DNA of 63,985 nucleotides, filler included, from Perkinsus olseni (Eukaryota): NCBI GenBank assembly GCA_013115125.1. It is 3 parts of 3 records of this genome, joined end to end, with 100 filler letters (N's around TTAATTAATTAA, not from the genome) between each part and the next. Parts side by side here need not be neighbours in the genome. Positions count along the whole stretch, not along the records: positions 23,384 to 46,508 come from JABANN010000524.1; 2 more parts are not named here. One strand, 5' to 3'. Shown piece by piece: positions 26,064 to 35,500 of this stretch (position 1 is its first letter; each line of letters starts with the position of its first letter). The notes under the pieces were generated by a model. It saw only the letters and a program-made list of their open reading frames with translations, ran no database searches and was not told where the DNA came from. The position numbers and the translations under genes were made by a program.

Positions 26064-26632
26064 ACAAAGCCCAAGGCCAGGCCCTACGCACCTTCGTATG
26101 GACCCTACGGAGGATTTTCAACTTGCTGTCTCACCACCCGATCACCTATTTGGAAGTATTCACCGGTCGGATTAGCCCTTTTTCAGTCAAACTTCGTAGT
26201 GGTCGTAGTAGTATCATGCTTTTGCGTTGAGGATGGTTAATGATGGTCTCCCCCCCAGCATTGCCAACGGTTGACCTGTTTTTCTCGCTGAGCTCGATGA
26301 TACTCACAACCATTTTCGAGAGGCCTCCGCTTCGAGGCAGGACCTTCGTTGACCCACTCCCAGCACAGTCACAAACTGGAATACAGTATACCTACCGGAT
26401 GCAGTTGACTACGATGTCAAGTTCTGGCCCTAGTAACGCCACAGCGTACCATCATCCCACCGCTGAAATCCTCGGAGTGTCTGTGAGCGTATCAACTAGA
26501 AGCTACTTGTGTGAGAGCAATCAGGTGACCCGAGTGTAACAGACCAGGGCGGACGATTATTGAGCAACTCCGAGACTGAGTGGTGTATAAAATGAAACGT
26601 TTAAGTGACGCCCATCGGGCTGATGTGTGTGA

Positions 26633-29259
26633 TCAGTCACCCCCATTAGAGCCACTATCATCACTGGAAGACGACGACGATCCATACCCTCCCAATGCCG
26701 TGCCGAGACTCACAGGAGCAGGGGGAGCTGAGCAGGAGCAAGACGATACGGACCTCTTTTGGATAGTCGGTGCCGGGGATCGAACCCGGGACCTCAGGCT
26801 TACCCTCAGCAGCTGGAGTGGCCTTCGCCTTCTTCTTAGCTTTGAATATCATATGAGGCATCGCCGCCTTCCGCTTGGCCGCTGCCGCCTCGACCTCATC
26901 GGCAATGTGGACAGGAGGCGGCGGGGGAGAGGAGGACGACTAGGCGAAAAAATTGACATGAAGACAGCGGAGCGACGCATCCCACATCCTTGACTGATGG
27001 GGTTGACTTGGTCTTATTCCCCTCAGTCGATCCTTCCCCTTCCTCATCATCGGAGATCACCTCGATGCGCTCCCATTCCAGATTCCCCTTGAAGACGGCT
27101 TCCGCAACGGCGGTATCTAAGTGGCGGCTATCGACGATGGAACGCTTCTCAGGAGAGGAGTGGCTGAGAAGACTGAGAATTTTCTCAACTCAGCATACCA
27201 CAACTTTCCCAATAAATCCTCGTAAGGTGGGAAGTTGTTCTATCTACTCTAACGCTCGGGCGACCTCAGTACCAAGATCGCCCGCATCCAGCGGACCTCT
27301 AGCGTTGTTGGGTCGACATAGGTATCACTTTGATTGAATACTTCAGTCCAAGAGAGGGACCCATACCCGGAACACCAGCTCAACTACGAACAGCGTCCGA
27401 GAACAATCCTGCCATCGAAATTAGACACAGATTCCTGTGTAGCCATACTCGTCAGCAACAGGATCGTATAAGGACCATCTCAAGAAGGTGATTTCTATAA
27501 TCGACGGCTTGACCATGATCGATCGATCATCGATGATGATGATCATCGATCGATTATCGATGTTTGAGAGCAGTCTCATACTTCCCCAGTTGACCCCCGC
27601 CCCCACCTTTGTCATCGGCGCCCTGCTCGTGGTCACCCTCCCCTTCCTGCTTCACACCAGCAGCACCTTCCTCCTTCTTCTCCCCTTTAACGGCGGACGA
27701 CGAGCTGCTCCCTCCCGCGACGTCTCCGTCGAACAACTTGTCCAAAGCTGACGAGATCAGCTGGTCCCGTTGGGCTTGCCTGATACACATTTCCCGCCGG
27801 TATTCTAGCACCGTTGCCTCTCCATCAGATGAAGGAGTCAAGATACTCAACGGCAGGTGTATTCGGCAAGGAAGTATCATGAGGGGATGAGATACGATCT
27901 CTATGCCATAGAAGCACCCCCAGAGCCTCTCAACAGAATTACGTCCCAACCCTCTACGAAGACACCAGCACGCCCTCCCCTGGACAAGCGATTAGTGAAC
28001 CAAAGAAGCACCTCGGCTGTCCCCAACGGATTCTATCACCTGCGATTGACAGCCTTGAGTTCATCCAACTCGTCCAATCGTCGCATCTCCTCGGCGGTAT
28101 CATAAATCCTATTCTCCATAGCCTTGGTCTCGGATTCTGACACCTCTAGCTCTATCCCAGCATCACCAACGTAACACCTACCATTCTCCTCTCCTGTCTT
28201 GCGATGAGAGACCTCCGCCTCCGCGAAATCAGCATCCTTGAAGCCCTCGTACCTGATGACCAGATGATGTTCACTCATCTCCACCCCGGTGGCCCCTCGG
28301 CAGGACTTGCAGCTCTCGCAAGAAGTTCGGAATTTCCGAGTGCTGCTCATTCTCAACCAATCGTCCTTCACGCTTCATCGTATTTATGCGCACTATTTGC
28401 CCCCTCCGACAGAGGCTTTACATCTGTTTTCCCCATTCACGACAGTGACCAAGCGGTAGGAGTGGCGAGGGTGACGTGGAAAAATAGGAAACCTACGTTC
28501 TCGTTCCCCCTGTTTCAAGTACGTAGTCAGAGTGCTCAGGATCCGTGCGAAATGAGAACTCGCCTGAGGAAGCAAAAGGAATCTTAGGTTGATCCATGCG
28601 CGATACAAGTATGCCCTACCTAGACAATGTTTGCATTTGCCGTAGAAGCGATACACATTCAGCCCCAAAGAACTCTTCTCCGGCAGTTTTTGACACCTAA
28701 AAACGACGTTGCCAGGGATCGATCCGGCGACCTTTCGATTACCTGCTATTGAACTTAGTAGCAATGTACAGGTACTCCCCACAGTGACTGCAGCACATCG
28801 AAAAGGGAAGCATCATTCGGATGTTCATACATTTCGGACCTGACAAAGCGCCAACCAGTGGATTCAAAATCGCAGCTAGAGGTGTCAGAATACGACGACC
28901 CGCCCTTCAGTGCATTGCAATAAGTTGATCTCCGAAATTAATTGGCGAATTTCAATTACGTTATTTTATCATTTTCTGTTTCTTATCAAAATTCTCATAA
29001 TTTCATCACGGAATTTCGGTCGACGCTCACAGTTTTCGGTGTATCACCATCACAGCAAAGCATAGCGTCTTAATAGATCAGGTTCAATCTCCGAGTAGCG
29101 GAGGCGAAATAAATTTTTCAGATTATTTTCCAAATTAATCAGGAGTACTGTATCACCTCTTTGCTCGACCCTGGGCTTCTTGACCATCCTCATCGGCAGG
29201 AGCTTCGACGGGTCGAAGTCCGGCGGGTAGTACTTGTTCATCACCTTACGCTCAGTCAT
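26633..29259 (-). CDS. YJU2: Splicing factor YJU2/CWC16 (CCDC94), multi-exon
   Basis: MTERKVMNKYYPPDFDPSK, IRMMLPFSMCCSHCGEYLYIATKFNSR, YRFYGKCKHC, FRTDPEHSDY, MENRIYDTAEEMRRLDELDELK. Ends LGGYGSSSSSSDDSGSNGGD*, an acidic Ser-rich tail typical of the family. Confidence 0.92.
26765..26803 (-). pseudogene. tRNA 3'-half fragment (positions 35-73, Thr-like) forming the 5' end of the last YJU2 intron
   Basis: GT AA GCCTG AGGTC CCGGG TTCGATC CCCGG CACCGAC T gives a perfect T-arm and correct tRNA spacing. No 5' half nearby. Confidence 0.75.
28697..28742 (-). pseudogene. 46-nt YJU2 intron made of a degenerate tRNA 3' half plus TTTTTAG
   Basis: GT AA TCGAA AGGTC GCCGG ATCGATC CCTGG CAACGTC G TTTTT AG. 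Splicing restores KFNSR-CQK. Confidence 0.6.
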
Positions 29260-29728
29260 ATTGATGCAACGACTTAGTTAACGACGCCCCTTCAATGAAA
29301 ATGAACTGAAGCATACCAACTTTTCGCCGAATCGTAGGGACACTCGGGACCTATATATGTAGAAGATCACGAGGGGTCGTAGAGTTGAGACAGCAGGCCG
29401 CCCTTTCACATGCAACGCACCCGAAGAGACCCCCCCGACTGATCTGTAAAACGTCCGAGTGCCCTCCACCGGTAATCAAATTGCTTCGGTTGTCATCCCC
29501 GACGTCCGCGACAACCGAACAGGGTTACCCTTATTTCCATCGTAGCGAGGGGGGCACGCGATCCCCACTTTTCCGAGGACCCTTTCTCGGGCGGAAACGG
29601 GATAATAAATACTAGATTTCATGAGCGATTAACAACAGCCTTAACCGGCCGAACAGACAACGACCTCTCTTGGACGACAACAGACGCGGTGCAGAACAAA
29701 AAACATCATAGTTCCAGAAACATGAAAA

Positions 29729-31483
29729 TCATCCGACGGAATTTTCCAGCCTTTCAACCCGACCCATGACATCCCTCAGATCCCTCGGCAGCGGCACCTC
29801 CACCCCATACCGCTCCTCCGCCAAATAAAGGTCGAACCACTCTAGCTTATGACAGTGCAAGAAGATTCTCCCCGCGCTGAGGTCAAGTTTAGTCTCCGAA
29901 TTATACCATGGATCGCCTACTAGAGGATGCCCCAACGAGGCCATGTGGACCCGGATCTGATGCTTTCGTCCGCTCAGCAATCGACATTCGACCAAAGACA
30001 CCCCCACGGATTTGAACTCTCTCCTCACAGCATACTTCGTCACAGCCGGCTTGCCATCCTCAGACACGACACACCAAGTCTCCAAATTCTCAATCCTCGC
30101 TTCGATTTTTCCCTCTTTTTCTATCAGAATTCCCTCCACCAAACACCAGTATTTCTTAACCACCAAACCCGCCTGCTGCTGCAACGCCAGTACCGCTTCC
30201 TCCGCTCCCGACGTCGTCCCCATCAGCGGCCCCGAGGTTCCAAAATCTATCCGATGCGCAAGTACCAAAGATTCCCCTAAGAAGCTCTGCGTCATTTCAG
30301 TCGTCCACGCATTAGGCTTATAAACGATACTCACCCCACCCAACCCGCTGTACACCACCAGTGGCTCCGTCGCCGCGTCTACCACCTCCTCGGGAATCTT
30401 CCGCATCACCCCAGGGCCTGCCTTTCGCGCTGGTAAGTTTACCAAATGCTGTGACATCAACGCGTGCAGCCACTGATACAAGGAAATATCCATCACGCCG
30501 GTCCAGTGAAGACCATAGGCGACGTTATTGATCTCTAGACGGTTCATCGGTACCCAATTATTATTCTTCAACTTTTCGGCAAGTCGGAGCGCCAAAGTCC
30601 CAAGTGCTTCGGAATTGTCGATTCTCGTGAGGGCCCACATAACCTGAGGGATGTCCGCTGGTAACAGGCGGTCCGACAGAACATCATAATGATCCTTGAC
30701 CGCGCGCCACAAAATTCGGGCACCTCCTTCCGCCTGACCAGCTGACCACAGCAGCGTCGCTATGTTCCGAGAGTCGTTCATACGACCGCTCGCCCTCGGC
30801 ACCAACGCGAGGTCAAATCGACCGAGCCGACCCAAGTTGAAAAGGGCAACGCTCCAATCCTGTTCACTCATCCCCGAGGGCCCCGCTTGCATCACCCAGT
30901 CTGCTAGTGAATCCACCAACTTGCCTTCGTACGAGAATCTTCCCAATGCCCACAGACAGAGACTGACATCCCGCCCCTTCCAAGATCCATCGCAACAGAG
31001 ACGATCCTCTAGAACCATCATTAAACACCCCCGCTCGAACTTCCCTCGGGCGATGCCCACCAGGAGAGCCGCGACCCTCTGCAGGTCCGGTGAGGCAGTC
31101 GAGAGCCGTACAAGGCGAACCGAATGGTCTACGAACGGCTGGGCAGCGGCGCGGGAGGTGCCCAGAGTCCCCAACGCCCACACTAGGTCCGAAACCGCTC
31201 GAAAATCCAAATTCCGGACCGGTAGGGAGAGGCATACCTTGAGAGTGAGGCGAGTATCCGAGGAGAGGTGGTCAGGATTCAAATGGGCGAATCTTCGCAG
31301 TGCGGTGATCCAGTGGATGCGCTCGAAATCCGCATTTTTCCGATGGATGACATCCCCTAGCGTCTCAGGATCTCGACAGCCGCCAATTTCGAGTAGTAAA
31401 CTCCGACTGCCCACCCGCTTTGAAGTGGTGTGAAGGAGACGCATCAGAGTCGTCGATAGACCGCGGTTGCATTTACCAATCAT
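29729..31483 (-). CDS. Intronless RluA-family pseudouridine synthase with N-terminal helical (HPR/OPR-like) repeats, likely organelle-targeted
   Basis: Catalytic motifs YKP, HRIDFGTSG, KKYWCLVEG, LLSGRKHQIRVHMASLGHPLVGDPWY, FLHC. Repeats SDLVWALGTLG, SLCLWALGRF, ATLLWSAG, PQVMWALTR. Confidence 0.85.
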   Translation of the reverse strand: MIGKCNRGLSTTLMRLLHTTSKRVGSRSLLLEIGGCRDPETLGDVIHRKNADFERIHWITALRRFAHLNPDHLSSDTRLTLKVCLSLPVRNLDFRAVSDLVWALGTLGTSRAAAQPFVDHSVRLVRLSTASPDLQRVAALLVGIARGKFERGCLMMVLEDRLCCDGSWKGRDVSLCLWALGRFSYEGKLVDSLADWVMQAGPSGMSEQDWSVALFNLGRLGRFDLALVPRASGRMNDSRNIATLLWSAGQAEGGARILWRAVKDHYDVLSDRLLPADIPQVMWALTRIDNSEALGTLALRLAEKLKNNNWVPMNRLEINNVAYGLHWTGVMDISLYQWLHALMSQHLVNLPARKAGPGVMRKIPEEVVDAATEPLVVYSGLGGVSIVYKPNAWTTEMTQSFLGESLVLAHRIDFGTSGPLMGTTSGAEEAVLALQQQAGLVVKKYWCLVEGILIEKEGKIEARIENLETWCVVSEDGKPAVTKYAVRREFKSVGVSLVECRLLSGRKHQIRVHMASLGHPLVGDPWYNSETKLDLSAGRIFLHCHKLEWFDLYLAEERYGVEVPLPRDLRDVMGRVERLENSVG

Positions 31484-31568
31484 ACTGAGAGAAGGAACAA
31501 GGCCCTCCTGAAGCGAACATCTCCCGGCCAACGCCAGTCACATCAATGCTGAGCTGCACAGTATTAGT

Positions 31569-32430
31569 TTACTCGGACCGCTCCCCTCCGGCCAGTGGCG
31601 AGGCGACAGGAGTTGGTACCGCTTTGTCGACTACATTGAGTGTTGAGACATCAATCGGGCGTGCTGGTGTGAAGCCCCGCACGAGGGCGAGGGCGGCAAA
31701 GAGACCGCTGAGACCCCGAAACACCCGACCTACAGAGGAAAGGAAAAGTGCTTGTGGTAGGAGTTTCTATTTACAGCTATGGAGGACCCGAGTCGATCCC
31801 GGGTTCGAATCCCGGCGGTGACAAAATTTTTAATGCAACTAATTTTTGATATTTGTATCGTAATAGGGATACTTGCATGATACCCGCGTCTACCTCGGAT
31901 ACCGTTGCAAATAACCAACCAAATCTGCTCCGGTAAACAGACTCCAGCTGTAGTCCGGTACCCTACTCTCGCAGTAGACGAAATCAATCCTGAATATCTC
32001 GCGGCGCCACTATGCTTCTCATTTTCGTCCCGACCAGCGGAACTTCGACCGGATGACGGGATGAGGAGGACTGGAACTTACGTCCAGCGCCTGCACTCCT
32101 CTTGGCTTCTGCTAAACAATAGGCTGATGCTGCTGTAAAGGTGACGAACCCAACCTAAGAACGACGACCAACTCTGACGAGAGAACAGAAACGGAAGAGC
32201 TCTCCCAAAAAAGCCCAGCAGAGGCTCACCATCCTGCAAGTGTAGCAGTCCCCTCCATTGTCATTGACGATAGCAGCTTCCTCCTTCGTAAAGGTAACAG
32301 GGGAGTGCCGCATACCACCTGCAGTATCCTTATACCACCCCTGGAGTTTGCTGGAGATGCCGCTGCTCGGCTCGGATGATGATGACGAGGATGGTCGCAG
32401 GAAGGACAACACATCCTGAACGCATGGCGC
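31569..32430 (-). CDS. Small CxxC membrane protein (DUF4536/DMAC1-like); multi-exon, start uncertain
   Basis: DCYTCRM|VGFVTFTAASAYCL... and last exon RVFRGLSGLFAALALVRGF...GERSE*. Confidence 0.5.
31789..31823 (+). pseudogene. tRNA 3'-half fragment, antisense within an intron
   Basis: CGAGT CGATC CCGGG TTCGAAT CCCGG CGGTGAC A followed by AAATTTTT. No D-arm or 5' acceptor strand upstream. Confidence 0.65.
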
Positions 32431-32599
32431 CACTGAACCCTCGGACTACCGGTGTCACACAGTTTGTGTGACAGAGCAACATTACTACACCAAGATTCTA
32501 ATTAACGCATTCTTTGGCGTGAGCAATACTTGACAATACCCGACTTTTGTACGATCTAGACCCTTCCATCACATGGTTTCATTTATTCCGATTGAGTGT

Positions 32600-35500
32600 C
32601 TGAAACTGGGCTTACGGGATAATCAAAGACGAACATAACGCTAAACACGATGTGATCTAATTTTGTAGCAGCGTTCCGCTCTCCCGTCACAGACTTGCCC
32701 CCAACCCCCTACCCCTCGACAGAAGGAGCAATTGGTAGCGAGCCGCTCCTTCATTTCATCCGCCTTCACGGACATGCCTTGGTACAGACCCTCGATGTAA
32801 TGGATGACCATTATTGATGAGTTTGATAAAAGAAGATAACTACATAAGATGTTCTATCACAAAGACCGGACTAGTGGCCTATTGACTCTCCACAGGGGAA
32901 ATAAAGATTGAAGTTCTGAACCTTCAACTCTGCTCGACGACAAAGTTGCCTTTGAAGTCTCCGCAAACGTCGATGCCCGAACTGACAGACAAATCTTGGT
33001 AATTTACAGAGAGTTTCCACTAATTTACAATTACTGTTCATTTACAGACTATAAACTGTAGAACGAAAATGAGAGACGAGAGCGAAACTTTGCGGCCACG
33101 AGCTCTGCCACTTCATCAATCGGGAGAGTGACTCGCCGTTAGATCGGTTGGACAATCCAACCTAAGAAAGCGATTAGTCTAATCGGAAAGAACTTGAAAA
33201 AAACGAGCTTTAATCGGCTTAGAGCTCGAATTCCTTCAAGTTTTTTTTCTTCGTCGTGTTCGGGAATTTCCGAAAGATATTTTCTCACCCCAATGCCAAC
33301 AGATAGCACAGACTACGTAGGCATGAAACATACCATGTTGAGTCGCGCACACTTATCGGTAGCTTGCTTCCCGGTAACGGCCTTATCGCCCGGTCAAGTA
33401 GACACTCTCAGGCGATCTCACCCCCGTCAAACTTTCTTTTCTGCAGAGTTCCTTCGGGGAATCTCGCGACAGCATCGTGCATGTGTTCTTCTTCGTGACC
33501 TCCCAGTGGGAGGTCACGAAGAAGAACACATGCACACATGAACACATGTGGTGGGAGGCTCCCACCACATGTCGTTTTGGTAACCGACCAGTCCATCAAC
33601 CTATCAGTCAATCGATCCATTTATACCGTCCAAGACCGCCGTTCGCGGCCCTGGTACTACCAGGCCGGTAGGTTCAACCATCACCATTTTGATCCATAAC
33701 AAGGCGTTCCCGCTTCACGCGTTCATGCTTGGCAAGCATTGCTTGTGCTTCTCCCTATCTAGCTATTCTCCACAGGTTCAAATGAGTTATAACTCTCAAG
33801 ATTCATCCTGGGGATCGGCGATGTCTTGTTATTCGAGCGCGGCTCGGAGCTATCGAACATTGGCCATCAGGCTCGTCGGACGTACTACACCATTTCCAGA
33901 CCTACTTAGTAAAACCCCAGAGCAATTTAATAAAGCCCAGCCCAAATTAGTAAAACCCCAAAGCAATTTAATAAAGCCCAGACCAAATTAGTAAAACCCC
34001 AAAGCAATTTAATTTCGTGAAAGACCAATTTAGTAGAGCTCAACAAAGCCACCAACAAAGATGGAAACACTGACAATCGTCGGCCTACATGGAGTAAGCC
34101 CACGATATGCTACAGAATGTAGGTTAGGCATGCTAAATCAGACTCCAACTTGCATGTCTTCCATAGCTAAGCAACGAGAAACCTCTTCCATCGCAAGATT
34201 AGGAACAAGAGAAACTGAGAACTGCGCTCACTCTCACGTGCGCCTGAAAACGGTTTCGAGGTGTTGCGCGCCGCAGGGCGCGCGAGATCCAGGGCCGGAG
34301 TCCCCAAGCCGGGAGGAGGTACGAACCGGATGCATCTCGCGTGCCGACTAAATTGCTCTGGGGTTTTACTAATTTGGTCTGGGGTTTTACTAAGTAGGTC
34401 TGGAAATGGTGTAGAAAGGACAGATCGGCAGCCGTCCTCGATAATATTGTATTTGTTCCCGGTCTGCCCGGTCTGCCGGATGTGAGGGGCGTTTGTCCTG
34501 CTCTTTTCAGTGAGCTGGGAACGGAGCAAACGAAGCGCGCATCAAAGAGATTCTCCGGCGTCGACTCCCGACCCGGGCATGACCAGGCGACCATCCGATA
34601 GTCGCCATCGGCCCTCGCTGACAGCCCGAAGATCACATTATCGGTAACCAAGACTTTAACTGCAGCGGTACAAAAAATACAGGAAGATATGACTGATGAT
34701 GATTGTGGTGACCTCCTACATCGCCATGATTCCAATAAACGCACTTCTCAGAATGAGTACTACTCAGTAACCGACTTGCGCACGATCTACTGGATCGCGA
34801 CCAAAGACCTACCCCTCGACAGAAGGGACAGTCAGTAGCGACTCGCTACTAGCGAGCCGCTCCTTGAAAACACCCGCCTTCCCTGACTCTCGATGTACTT
34901 CATGACCATTAAATTGGGGAGACCTGATAAAATAAGACAACTACAGTCGATAATCTACCTCGAGGACCCGACCGTTAGGCTAACGGCGTTAGCCCCTGTA
35001 CTCTCAAAAAGGGAAGGTACCGGAATTTTGGAGAATTACGAACTCCACCACAAAGTAAGTTCGCGCTACGAAGTATACCCGAACTGTTACCGTACGTTAC
35101 TATTACAAACTGCAGTTGTTACTATCACTATTTTGTCTGTGTATTTGTCTGTATTTACTATGTATCACTATTTTGTATTATTACAAAATAGAGACATTAT
35201 TGTCTGTATTACTATTTCGTCTGTATTTTACTTTTACTCTGTTACTATTTGCCGTTGTGCCCGGGGATTGTCGAAAGATACTATCTCCGTACTACTAGCA
35301 GACGAACGCAAGATCAGTAGTACGCATGAAGTGTTGCACGAAGAATATCCATACTCATTGCTCACTCGCCGCTCGGCGACGCCACCTCCACCGAACCGAA
35401 ACAATCTTAGAAACCCCGCACTGCGAGGTCGAGACTCTTGACTCTGAGTCAATGACTCAAGAGGGTAATCGAGATTGCTGTAATTTCTGCAGGCCTCATA

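Noticed and set aside
27510-27565. ATCG-rich self-complementary tract
   Set aside because: Low-complexity intronic microsatellite-like sequence.
33900-34010. Regularly spaced ~19-nt repeats resembling a CRISPR array
   Set aside because: No unique spacers, eukaryotic context, no cas genes. They are MITE subterminal repeats.
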